A DNA stretch of 64,000 bases, from NCBI GenBank assembly GCA_002189035.1, contig CM007992.1:372001-436000 (forward strand), written 5' to 3'. The position numbers were made by a program, and so were the translations under genes. Below the pieces are notes generated by a model that was given only the letters and a program-made list of their open reading frames with translations, made no database searches and had not been told where the DNA came from. Shown here piece by piece: positions 1 through 12,718 of the stretch (the first letter of the stretch is position 1; each line of letters begins with the position of its first letter). The DNA comes from Utricularia gibba. Lineage: Eukaryota; Plantae; Magnoliophyta.

Positions 1-128
1 TCAATTGGTACTCCAAATTTGGGGCTTCTAATCGCGGGATTGATCAAATTCATGGAATTCGCAGAAAACCCAGATGCAAAGAAAGAGTTTTTAGAAACCA
101 CAACTCTTGGATTTCCCAAGATCATCAT
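1..128 (-). CDS. Possible 5' end of a gene running off the left edge (Ser/Phe-rich, transit-peptide-like N-terminus MMILGNPRVVVSKNSFFASGFSANS...)
   Basis: Open frame from ATG at 128 to the window edge, divergent from the 626 gene. No family recognised. Confidence 0.2.
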   Translation of the reverse strand, partial: MMILGNPRVVVSKNSFFASGFSANSMNLINPAIRSPKFGVPI

Positions 129-625
129 GAAGAAAAGAGGGAGACATCGCTAACCTACACCGGATTCAGCAAATTTGCTGCGGTTTGGGAGTTCTGCTAC
201 ATTATTGATTCGACGTGGCATTATGCTTCACTTATACCTGATTATAATAAGATACACCATAATTAAGACATAAATGACTTTTCTTTCTTCTAAGATCTAC
301 CAAAATCTCTAGCAAGAACTGAATCAGGCAAAGAAAACTTTTTTTCTCCCTAATTTAGATCATCCAAATGCTGGAATAGCGTAGGAAGTCAACAAAGATA
401 GCGTTTTTATGGATCTTTCAGGCTATGGATGCAGGCCTGTCTGCTAATGCTCGCAAGCGCTTTTTCTTTTTTCTTTTTTTTTTTTTTTTGAAGAGCTTTG
501 ACTTGACTAAGCAAAAGCAAAACAGCTAAAACCATAAACTTTAGGGATCCATGTGCTATTGAATTAGTGCCAAGAGGCGTGCCCTATTCATCTCCCTGGA
601 CGAGGAATCTTGGGAAGACGAAGAA

Positions 626-847
626 ATGGGCGCGACGGCGAGGATGAACGCCATGAGATCAGCGGTTGTGGTTTTGGGATCTTTAGCATTCGGGTACTTA
701 ACTCTGCAAGTGGGTTTCAAGCCGTACCTTGAGCAAGCTCAGCATTTGGAGGATCAGCGGCGCCGCATGGCCGAGTCCGCCTCACCCGACGGCGCCGTCG
801 ACGGGTTTGCACCGGACGATGGATTCCTAAAATCGGATGAAGAGTAA
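626..847 (+). CDS. Small (73 aa) single-pass membrane protein, uncharacterised
   Basis: ATG ORF with one hydrophobic segment (AVVVLGSLAFGYLTLQVGF) followed by KPYLEQAQ and an acidic tail. It resembles a conserved small plant protein as I recall it. Confidence 0.6.
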   Translation: MGATARMNAMRSAVVVLGSLAFGYLTLQVGFKPYLEQAQHLEDQRRRMAESASPDGAVDGFAPDDGFLKSDEE

Positions 848-1500
848 AAGCTTCTCTTCTCGTTTAATTGCATTCCCTTGTCTTGGCATCTTCACCTGCA
901 TCAGCGACTCTGTTGAATTCAAGATTTGTATTCTTGAAATTTTAAAATTCGAACCCCAAATTCAAACCACGAGATTATCCTGGAAATGATGTCTGTTTAA
1001 GGCCAGACTAAACTTTGTCTCCACCTTCAAAATTGAAATTGATCTCAAACGGTCAAAAGTACATTTCCCCAAAAAAAATTGCGATTTTTTAAAGCCCACG
1101 AAAGCGGTTGAAGAAGACCTTCTTCCCACGCCCCCACGAACCCCATTCATTATTACAGCGTTTTCATTCCTCGTCCCTGTCTTCCTCCTCGTTCCTCGTT
1201 CACTGGTTGCTTTGCTAGGTTCTGGCCTACAGTCCAGGCTCCATTTTGAAGTTGCATTTCTTTTACTGGGTCGCATTGCTTGCCACTGTGGAAGCAGCCA
1301 TTGCTGCTTCTGCAAGTAAAGAAGTCATAGCCAGAAAGAAAGGGGAAAACTCCCTTCTTGGACTTTCTTAAACCCAACTCTATCATGATAAAAGTTGTCG
1401 TTCCAGCTGCAAGTTTCAAGTTTCTCTTTTGGGTGTCTCTTCTCCATTTCTGTCTCCTTGTTAATGCCCTGGAGAACAGAGTGCCTGTGTCTTGATTCAG

Positions 1501-3280
1501 ATGCGAAATAACCCAGTTGCTGAAGCGATGAACTTGGTGGATTTATGCAACAGAATGAAGCGGTTAAGGGTGTTTGAGACTTCTTTAGGGATTCTTGGAG
1601 TGACAATATGCGTTATATGTTGTTTCTTTTTGCTAGATTTCAGAGATGCAACAAAAAGGGCGAGGCATCCGTTAATGGATCAGAAGGTTTTGTGGTTGAG
1701 TTTTGATGGAAAGGGAGAGAAAGTAGGTGAGGAAAAAAATGATTTTTTAAGTGATTTTCACTGTGGGTGTGATGTCTTTGATGGAGATTGGGTTTGGGAT
1801 CCAAGCTATCCTTTGTACCAATCAAAAGATTGTAGATTCCTGGATCAAGGTTTCAGATGCTCTGAAAATGGGAGACCTGATTTTTTCTACACGAAATGGA
1901 GATGGCAACCCAGAAATTGCAATCTTCCCAGGTTTCTGTTCCCTAAACTTGCATTCATGCAACCGTTTTTTTTACTATTTGAATTTATTCCATGCCCTGG
2001 TTGCTGCAACTTATTCGTTGTGTGGTTTAAGTTTAAGCTCAATGCAAAAGCAATGAAGTTTCCCTTTCATCACTTTGAGAAAAGACAAAACTTTTCAGCC
2101 CGTGATTCATCTTGCATCTCCCTCTTTGAAATGGCGCGTTTTTTGATTGAAAAAGATTTACTTTTGCATTTTGAACAGATTCAACGGAAGGATCATGCTC
2201 GAGAAACTTCGAAACAAACGAGTTGTGTTTGCCGGAGACTCGATTGGAAGAAACCAGTGGGAATCTCTTCTTTGCTTGCTTTCATCTGCGCTTCCTAATA
2301 CAAGCTCTATACATGAAGTAAATGGAAACCCCATCACGAAGCATAAGGGATTCCTGGTTTTCAAGTTTGATGAGTATAACTGCACCGTGGCGTACTTCCG
2401 GGCACCGTTTCTAGTCCTTCAAAGCCGCCCCCGGCCGGAGCTCCGGCCGACATGAAAACTACACTGAAACTTGATCAAATGGATTGGACTTCCTCCCAGT
2501 GGAGGGAGGCTGATTTACTTGTCCTGAACACTGGGCATTGGTGGAACTATGAGAAGACACTTCGTGGGTAATCTCAAGGTTTCTTGTTTCAAATTTAAGC
2601 ATTTCCTGTTATCTTCGTTCCTCATGCTGATGTTTAGGTTGTTCGGTGGACAAACAGAGGCTGTTATTTTCAAGAAGGATCGAACCTGAAAACAAATATG
2701 AGCATTGAAGATGCATACAGGAGAGCATTGGAGACAGTTTTCGAATGGATCCATAGTGAAGTTAACAGTACCAAGACACAGGTGTTCTTCCGAACATATG
2801 CTCCGGTGCACTTCAGGTTCCCCCATTCATTCCCATTCTGTTTTGCATTTAACAAGATGTGAAAACCACCATGCCTGAAATTCAAATGGGGACGGATGCA
2901 GGGGCGGGAGCTGGAGAACTGGAGGTACATGCCACAAGGAGACGCTTCCGCATCTGGGATCATCGCACGTCCCACCTCAGACATGGAGTAAATACAGCAT
3001 TTTCATCAGCGCCCTATCTGCATACGCAAGTTCATCAGAAAAGATGAACGAAATAGAGATACTGAACATCACCAGCATGAGCTCAAAAAGGAAAGATGGC
3101 CATTCTTCGTTGTACTATTTGGGGCGGGAATCTGGCCCTGTTCCTCTCCACAGACAGGATTGCAGCCATTGGTGTCTGCCCGGAGTTCCTGATTCCTGGA
3201 ACGATATACTCTACGCCCTGTTCCTAAAACGCGAGGCCATTCGGAATTCAAACGTCTCCAGTTTTAGTTCACAAGCATGA
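1501..3280 (+). CDS. TBL: Trichome birefringence-like (PMR5N/PC-esterase) polysaccharide O-acetyltransferase, TBL10/11-like; 4 exons (~1501-1931, 2181-2568, 2658-2816, 2902-3280)
   Basis: N-terminal TM segment, [11 protein letters not shown] and YTKWRWQP motifs, GDS motif ([16 protein letters not shown]), [21 protein letters not shown] (DxxH). GT-AG introns. Needs +1 C at 2428-2432 to keep frame. Confidence 0.95.
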
Positions 3281-4391
3281 GTGGCGACACCCGGAAATGT
3301 ATTTAACCAGAACAACAAGAAGAAGCCTTTTTCCTTGTAGATCCTGTCTTTACCTACAAGGAGATTTTGAACACATAAACCAGCATGAGGAAGAAAGTTA
3401 AAGGATTGCGAAAGAGAATTTAAACTAAAGTTATAAATTACATTGCATCTATTTTATGTATTAAAGGATTGCCCAATTACGGCAGAGGGATAACGGGTGG
3501 AAGGAAGGACGACTCGACGGCCTTGTGTTGTGGTCCTGGTGTTTTCATTGAGCTAGAGAGGTCCGCTGCTCTGAAAAAGGTGAAACTTCTCTTCTTCCTC
3601 TTCTTCACCATTGACATTGGAGCACTGTAACCATGGTTACCTTCCCTGACATCAATAAATGATTCTCCATTCTGGGCAGCTGTTCTAGTTAGTGGAGGAA
3701 TTAGTTACCAGGGAAGGGGGGACACAAAAAGAAATCTTGTTTGAAGCTACTATACTTTCAGATTCTTCAGGCGATCCAGGAACCTAATTAGTATCACAAT
3801 TGTGCAGCAACTGACACCATACTAGCTAACTCCTAATTTGTTATTCAGTTCCATCAATGTTTGAATTTTGGTGTGTGCTTGTTGCCTAGCAAACATAGCT
3901 TCACATAAAGACTGTGCTGTGGACCATGTGCACGCAGGTCTTGCTTCACCTAGGGTCCCAAATTTTGGGGTTTGGGGATGAATCTGAATGGGAATCTAGA
4001 CTTCTAGTACACAAAAATCAAGCTAAAGTTTCTTACTTGGTGCAATGAAGAAGAGCAGCAGCTTTGTGACCTTCTGGACCACTGGGCGCTTGCAGTTGCT
4101 TGACCAGTTGCATCAAACTCAAGGGGCTGAACTAAGGAACCCTCCTGCATGGACATTTCATGGTTAGTGGTTCATGAATAACTAGTAGCATTCAGGATCC
4201 ACTGATCAACAAAATCTTGCAATCAGGTCTGTTATGAACAATGTACAGCCCTTTGGTTCCTGCCAAAGAACCACAATCCGAAAGGATGTCTGCAAACTTT
4301 TTCGTGCTTATTGCAGCTACAAGGCATGTAATACATGATGAACAAACACTAAACTTGTCCCTTTTATTAGCAGGACATATGAGAGTCTCTG

Positions 4392-5922
4392 CTACGAGCT
4401 TTTTATCCTAGGTTTTGTTGTAGCCATAAGTCTCCTCAGAGCGATCATCAGGACCCAAGTCGTCTTTGTGATTTTCTCCTTTATCATCAGGAGCAGGGCA
4501 GATGTGAGGACAGTCTTCAGCAGTTGACCCTCCAACCCCTTGAAGAAACCAGGTATTCCTTCCTTTTCCCATATGGAACGCATTGTTCCAAACACTGTTT
4601 TACGGGCTTTAAGTTTGTTTTTGTGCTGCTCATCGTCCTCACCTGATTTGGCAGACTGAATCACCACCTTACACCTGTGACATATTTGAGACCTTAGGCA
4701 TGCTAATACTTAAACACACCATCACCTTGTCTACCAGTCCATGGGACACAAGGTTAGGATGTTAGTTGATGAAGAACCATCAGTACTTCAGAAAATTTAC
4801 CTTATAGCTGGATAGGTCAAACAGGTTGCAATGCATTTTGATACTGCACCTAAAACGAAAGCAGAAAACGCTGAAAGAGCTTGTGGAGATAGATTTGATC
4901 CTTGTGCTCCCTTTCTTCCCTCTAGCATTCGCTGTTTTAATTGATCGAATACAGTATACTGCAGACCACCAGGACTGCAGTTAGTATGTGGTAATGATGC
5001 AAATATTTCAAAAAATGCAAGAGCAACACAAAAAAGAACTCTAATTGAATGAAAATGAATTCATATTGGACATATCGGATACCTGTATTGAAGGATTCGT
5101 GACAAGAAGAAGGGAAATGCCCAGACCATCAAATGCATCACTCCAGCTCCCTGCAGATAGAGATTCCCTCAGCCCCTTAGATTTTCCAAAATCACTTGTT
5201 TGCATTCTGGAAGACACCGTGTCAAGCGGCTGTAACACAAAACCTGATCGTGAAAGTTGTCTATAGAAGTCCTAACGCTTGTTAAAAGAAAAAAAAAAAA
5301 TCAAACATCAATAAAACTATGTTCACCTGAGTCACTATTGCAGTGCATGCACCAGCCGCAGCAGCAATCACTAAATTCGCGGTGGTTCCCATGGACTTTC
5401 TCTCTCTCAAATACAGTTTCTTAAAAAAGCTGTATCCATAGAAGTACACAAACTGCGAAATGATAGACTGCAGATTCTTTGTCCCTAGTCCCTGATACAA
5501 GGATAATACTTGGCCATTGGAAATCGCTTCCCAAAAGACATCTGAAATATTCCTGTTCAGATGAGGATTAAGTGTTAAGATTGTATCCATGGCCTAAATC
5601 AAGGCAGGTTGGGAAATGCATAACACAGCAGCAAATGATGGTTATAAGTTGAATCAAAATACGCTATACACAAAACCAATCATGACCAAGTCACGAACAT
5701 CAGTCCAAGGCTCCTACATATTCAGAAGACCAACAGCCGATACTAATCCAAAAGATACCAAACGAAATCTGAAATCATCACTCGCAAGTACCTGTATTTT
5801 TGCTGATTCTGAGATCGATTCTCAGCTTGGTACTTCGTTTTGCAAGTATCCAGAGGATACAAAACGGTAGTGCTCACAAGCGCACCCACCGCACCCGACG
5901 TCGCCTCCACCAACGACTCCAT
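4392..5922 (-). CDS. PNC1: Peroxisomal adenine nucleotide carrier (mitochondrial carrier family), multi-exon
   Basis: First exon reads [34 protein letters not shown] from ATG at 5922. Later exons carry [35 protein letters not shown] and [15 protein letters not shown] (PxDxxK/R carrier signatures). Confidence 0.92.
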
Positions 5923-7155
5923 ACCCCCAAGAAATCAAAAAATTCCTGACAACAGCCCAAAACCAACAATCACGATCATCAAGATGCAGAAAATAAGATA
6001 ATCACGAGCTTCCAACAGCAATTTACATCAAAAGGCCATTCCGAAACAGCAGAAAAGACAAGCCGAGGGCGCCAGTACCAATAAAATCCTAATTCCGCGA
6101 CAATCGAAAAGCCCACAGCCGCACCCCCGACGATCCCCTCCGCCGGCCAAGATCGCTCTACACACGTAGTCAAATGGAACTCGGCTTTCGACTATTTTAA
6201 GGAATGGTATCCTTCTCAGCCTTTCCAAAATTCCCATTTTTAAATAAATATCAAAATACAGGGAACCGTTTCGCTTTCATGGTTTTATTTAATTACATCG
6301 ACATAATAATAAAAAAAGGATCATTTTACCAATCAAACGGTTACTGCAAAACCGAACCCACCGAGAGCCACAGAACTGCAGACGGAGGATGAGGTTCAGT
6401 CCGGCGTACCCTGACACAGTCAAGGAGCATCATCGTCAACGGACGGGGAGAAGAGCAACGCTTCCGTGGTTTCCGGACGCGCGACCGGCAGGAAACCTTC
6501 GGCATGCCTGGAGGTTTCCGATCACCGGATGTGCCGGTCACTTTTCCGGCGCTTGGCATCCAGGAGATCGGATGGCGCGCACAGGCTCCTTGAATAACGG
6601 AGGGGAAACCAGGAGCATTATATCTAAATTTGCGTAATTCTGGCCACTGATATTTGGGCCTGCCGTACGTTAAGGGCTTGAGAAGATTATTGGGCCACAA
6701 CCCAATTATCTTCTCTACCAACTACACATGAAATGAGTATTTGTTTAGAAAATTCAAAATATTTTATAAATTACGTATATACTAAATAACATATTAATAA
6801 AATAAATATGATTTTATATTTATTGTTATAAATAAAAACCATTCAATATGATATTGAAAAGACAAAAATACGTACGGAGTCTATTCAAAATTAGTATAAC
6901 GATTCAATCTCGATTTGTACGATATTATTCATTTTAAATATCTAATTCTCATGATTTTATGTTTTTTATTTACTAACACAATACTCATGTAAATTTAAGA
7001 GAACTCTTCCATTTAAACACATTATATACCCATCTAACACCGCAGAAACTTCGGCGGGGAGGGGCAGAAACAGTCTATGTTCCCCAACCCACGGGATAGC
7101 GCCGGCACACAGGGAGAGGAGATAATAGAATAGCGGTGCAATGCAATCAAAGAAA

Positions 7156-7200
7156 ACACACACAGATAGATAGATAGATAGATGGATGGATGGATGTGTG
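7156..7200. repeat. Compound microsatellite (AC)4(AGAT)5(GGAT)3(GT)n
   Basis: Read directly from the sequence. Confidence 0.9.
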
Positions 7201-8462
7201 TTGTGTGACTCGCAGGCCATTCATTCATTCATCAGTCCATGTGATGCCCGCATCCGCATCCATCCACAAGGCTGCTTTTTGGGGCTTCCCTCCCCTCCCC
7301 ATGTTGAGCTGAGCTGAGCAGAGCAGACCGACAAGATCAGATCTGGATCCGGGGCCAAGAGAAGAGAAGAGAAGAGATTCCCCCCCTCGCCCAAATTATA
7401 CGCGCCCTTTCCAGGTCCCAATACAGAGAACTTAGCCCAATCCCAATCATCCCCACACTCCCTGTCTGTCTCTTACACCTTTTCATCACAGACCAGCCAG
7501 CTTCCCTTTCCCCCACTCCTCAATCCGTACAGGGTGTCACACTGATCCACAAAATTTCCCAACTCCTCTTATTCAAAACACAACAACCAGATTGAACGCA
7601 TTGCCCTCGATCAGTACACCTCAGGCGTTGTAAATCCTGTTGAACCCTAGAAATGCAACCCCCACTGAGCTTTCGCGATGCCCAAAATTGGCACGGCAGA
7701 TAGAAATATTGGGTACGCTTTTTCTCCCAGCTTTTCCCACCCTGGGAATCACCTGGGCCACCCTTCCTTTCTCCATTATAAATAAATAAATAAATAAAGT
7801 TTTTTACATATATATTTTCCTCTATTTATCGAAAAATATTATAATATAGGAAAGAATATTCTGTTGGGTACCGCCGTACCATCCAATCTCACAGCCACTG
7901 GATCCGAATCCATTCTGGGCCGTCCAGATCACCACCCGACCAACGGCTATCTAAAAAGATAACACATAATAACTACCACTTGCCAATTAATAACTCCTTT
8001 TCTTCCTGCCAAATTTACCCCCGCAGTAAAAAAGGCCAAAACTTACCCCTCCCAAAAACTATTTTTATTATATTTACTAAGTAAACTGTAAAAATATTTA
8101 TTATAATTATTTGTGGAAATTTCATTTTGGATAAATCGTGAATGAAGAAAAATCCGGTTCTAGATTCCGTCAATAAAGAAATATTCCTGGGACCCACACA
8201 CTGCGGTTGTATGGGGGTGGGCCCGAACTTTTTACCGTATCCTGCCTACCAGATATTTTGCCGGACACGCGAGTCAAAGCACCCTTCTTTGTACTTGATG
8301 ATATGCTGCTGCACAAATTTCAATTTTCGGCTGCTTGGGGTAATTTTTAATTTTAAATAATATATTATTTAATGGAAAACTCTAAATAGGGTTTCATTAA
8401 TTACCAATAGGGAACCAGAGAAAAGGCAAGGGAATTTTAGAATGCAGAAGATGGGGATGGGC

Positions 8463-9089
8463 TCAGGAAGTGACCACCCAAAGATGAGGTGATTCCCAGG
8501 TGTTCCTTTTTCTTCCGCACCGGCCTTCCCTGCAGCGGCAGCTTCTCAGGGCGATTCCTTCCGTCTCGCCATCGGATTCCTCCTCCTCCTCGTGGGCGCC
8601 GCAGGGAAACGACAGCCGCAATCTCCCGTCGCGCCGCTCCGCATGGAGGTACGCCTTCCTGAAGGGGGCCTCTACGGCCTCGATTATCAGGCGCCCCTCC
8701 TCCCGCCGGCGCCGCACATGCAGAGTGCTCGCCCCGCTCATTGTAATCAACGGTGGTGGGTAGGAAGTAATGGGTTTAGCCTCAGTGCGCCGGTTGGGGC
8801 GGACCCTTTGGAGATCCATTGATCTCGGAGAATAAGGCGGAGACGACATATCGCTCCCTGTCTCGCTACCTAAATTCTCAGTGCAGAGCTCCAGGGACAG
8901 AGTACCCAGACCCGAGAACGACGGTTTCGAATAAAACAAGTGATCAAAGGAACCCCAGTTATCAAACTGCGACGGCGGAGGAGGAGGAGCGTACATGGCC
9001 TCCGGAGGTTTCAGCTTCAGGGTAGCCGTCAATTCAGAGGCTTTCAATTCATAATGAGTTGAGAGATTCTGGAAAACCATTGCAGACAT
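8463..9089 (-). CDS. FAF: FANTASTIC FOUR (FAF) domain protein, intronless
   Basis: LELCTENLGSETG motif and FAF domain YPPPL...RRREEGRLIIEAV...AERRDGRLRL. Likely start MSAMVFQNL at 9089. Confidence 0.92.
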   Translation of the reverse strand: MSAMVFQNLSTHYELKASELTATLKLKPPEAMYAPPPPPSQFDNWGSFDHLFYSKPSFSGLGTLSLELCTENLGSETGSDMSSPPYSPRSMDLQRVRPNRRTEAKPITSYPPPLITMSGASTLHVRRRREEGRLIIEAVEAPFRKAYLHAERRDGRLRLSFPCGAHEEEEESDGETEGIALRSCRCREGRCGRKRNTWESPHLWVVTS

Positions 9090-12000
9090 CAACCAGAACA
9101 GAAACAAGTGAGGAGAGCAAGGAATGCGAAGGCATATGAATGGAGAGAACCAGAGAAGGGGAAGAGGTGAATTTGTAGTGATGAGGATCACGCCAAATTT
9201 ACCAAAACCCACCCCTCCCTAAACCACCCACCCACACGCACTTGTGGGTGAGGACGTAATTCCACAAAAAGAACTCTGTAAAGGGATTAAAAGGCTCTAG
9301 GGCCGGCTCAGACAATGCATTTCGTCCAGACAATCCACGAAACCAGAAGAGGAATCCAAAGCACAGAAGACATCTTTCGGACAAACAGACTACAGTTGTT
9401 GGTTTTGTGTTGGGTTCAGGTTATCCAAATTGCCCAACTCTCCGAAAGCACCATCTGATTCGGATAATGTCAGCGATATAGCAGCATTTGCCGATGCTTA
9501 TCCTTAACAAATGGCTGCGAACAAAAGCGATGAAGCATCCCCGTGGAGGACGTCATTCCTTCACACAGACGTGGTCCGAATATTACAAAGAAAAGCGTGC
9601 TTTCTTTCATTTACAAAAATGTCGCGCACGCTTTTGGTGTAATTGACTCGGAAAGACTTAAAGCCGCTATTATTTAACTAGCCTACGTCTTTTTACCTTT
9701 GGAGATGAAAGCGACGTCCCATGGCACCACCCAAATTGCATCATCCTTAATATTGTGCTTCAAGCTTCCGCGGCTCATGACGACACACCCACGTAACTCT
9801 CAAATATTCTGAAAATGATGAGTTTGAAGTTGAAGGTAACTCGAATTTGTATTAAAACAAATAATTTCATATTAGAAAATTAAATTGAAATGATCAAGTA
9901 TATAAAAAAATTTACAAATAAATAGTAATTTATTTAATCTAATCTTATTTTTAATATAATCCATATTTTTTATATACTTTAACATTATGTATGTTCATTC
10001 AACCCATCAAATCATTAATTTCAATATAATACTAGAATATTTGTCTCATATTACGGATTGGGTGATCAAGATGGATTTCTTTGTTGATATGAGTTTAGAT
10101 TAAAGAAAACAAAGTACTACATTGAATTTAGGTGACAAAAAGTAGATTAAACTATAATTCAAGTACTACCTATAATCAAAAAAAAGTATTAACTGGATTA
10201 AAGACTAATTCGATTTGAAGATAAATATTAAAACAAATAATCTCATATTTATAAATTAAAGTAAAATATTCAAGCATATAAAAAATTATGGATCACGAGT
10301 GTGAACTAGAGTTGCGTAATGTTTTCTTGCATTAGTTTAGTGATCTAATGAATCGAACAAGTGCAACTCTAGGATCGTTATGCCATACATGCTCATAATA
10401 AATGAAAAAAAGTATTTAATTGACATAAGAGTTTCTAAAATATGATCAGACGAATTATGTAAATGTTTTACAAATAACACTTATAGAGATTTAGAACCAT
10501 TGTCAACTTGTTTTTTGGGACTATCTCCATATGATGGCATGAAAAAAAAAAGTTACTTTGGGGTAAAGTGTGCACTTGTTTATTTTCATTTGTGCGTCAA
10601 TAGTTCTTTGCCCCCAATTGGATCCCCAAAGACGGTGTCGTTTATGAATTAAATATATTTTTTTAAAAGCTAATTTCCAAAAGCATATATACTTATTTAT
10701 AGACTAATAATAATTTTTTATTCAATTTAAATGGATCCCCTTTTTTCGAATAATGCCCCTTTTAGAATGAGGAAAGCACCCACTCACACTCAAATGTCAG
10801 CATCCACGCTGGCGGTGACGTGGATGGATCCATACGTCATCGTTTTGGAACAATTTGGTTTTAACACATGATGTCGAAAAAGTGTTTTAATTGAGATGAT
10901 TGGAAAAATGAACATTTAGGATATTGATATAGAGTGATTGTGATTCTAAAAGTGTAAAAAAATCATCGAAGTAATAATAATTTTTAATAATATATTTTTT
11001 TATCGTTAATTGTACAGTATATTCTATTATAGTGTATAATATCATTTCTAAATATCGAATCGTTTTTGCGTTTATGTTTCATCATAATGTATGAAACGAT
11101 TGCATTGGAAAACGGGGGCGATTAGTTGATTAATAGTTGCAGTAAATATTAAAATTCAAATATATTTGGTGCAAATTAGAAAGTAAATAAAATACTTTTT
11201 TTATTTCATAGATATATCTGGGCATTAGGGCCCATGATTTGTATGGTATAGCCTCATTACAAAGCCCATTGACTTAATGGGCCGCGGTCCAACTACGGAG
11301 GACGTGGGCCCCATGACTCAATATTTCATTTAAAATGTATCACTTTCCGGACGGACACCGACCCCGACCCGGCGACGAGTGCACCAGACCCCACTCGTAT
11401 TACGTTCTTCATGCGATATCCATTCGTTTGTCTGAAAACGATGGAGAACCAACCCCACACGCAAGCCGGGTCGATCCGGACCGTTACAACTGAACCAGAC
11501 GGACGAACCGGCTGTGGGCCCCACAGGTCCCTAGTGGCTATGCCTCATGTGGTGGTGGGTGAAATGCAACCATTTTTTCGGGTGGTGGGTCGTGACCCGC
11601 GCCCACCAAATTGCACTCGGCTATTTCCATGTACTAGAATGAATCGAACACAAGTTGAATTTTTTATTACTGAAATTATTAAAGACAATGTATTTTATAA
11701 TATATCTATCAGTATGGGTTTAATGAACCAATATGTTTGGTAGCAATTACTCCATTAAAAAATTGTATACAAATCTTGGTAATAATACATCTAATTATTT
11801 TATTACTTTTTGTGATGGATAGTCGTGCAATTCACTCTCACCTCGAACTCCTTGTCCTTCCATTTGCGGGGGGTCCCGTCACATAGCTTCAAAAACTTGT
11901 TTTCTCATTGAAGTAAGTATTAGAATTTGAGATTGGAATATTTTTAGCTAAATTCCAGGTAAAATGTCTTTTACAATGATATAAAAGACGTCCATATGAT

Positions 12001-12718
12001 ACGATACATCTCGCTATTTTGATATCTAAGGTTATGTTTGCTGTAACTTATTGAAAAATACTTTTGTGAAAACATAGAAGTTAGAATTGGTTTGATAGAA
12101 TAATATTAGTATGTTTAAGTATATTAAAAATGGTTATATATAATCAATTGTATATAATGTTTGACACACGACGATAGTGATATTTATTTATATTATTTAT
12201 ATAAGTATGTCATAACATAAATAGATTGGTTATTCAAACAACAATGTATATGTAAATTTGAATATAAAATTTATAAACTATCAAACACCCTCTTATAATT
12301 TTGCAACTTGTGAAAACTAAGAAATCCTTCCAAATTTTCATTTTTTTGAAATTGAAATTGCTAGTATTTCATAAAAGTTGTTTCATAGTAGAGTTTCATG
12401 AATATGGTAAGAACTCATTTAGAGGATCCACAATCCTATGCTTTAAAAATCCAGATTCAAAATGTTGTAAATTTTAAAGTAATTTTGAAGGTATATTCAT
12501 GAAGTAGACAACCTACTTTATTTATGATGATCTCCACCTTTCTTTATTTTTAAATTGTTTTGGATAATGACTCTTGTGGTTCCTAATTTGTGATTCGAAA
12601 CCCGCATTTGTACGGTATTGACCGTAGGGGCTAGATGCTAAGCTATTCATTGTCGAGTCTTGCTTATAAGAATGGCGAGGGTTGGTTATGATATCCCAAG
12701 CAACAAGCAACCGTCGGG

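Noticed and set aside
6341-6721. Overlapping ORFs of 126 aa (-) and 82 aa (+) in a GC-rich patch
   Set aside because: No recognisable motif or splice structure; more likely promoter sequence of PNC1.
7085-7105. GGGATAGCGCC matches the 3' half of miR390 (possible TAS3-like site)
   Set aside because: Only 11 nt match, the seed-pairing half is absent, and no tasiARF sequence is nearby.
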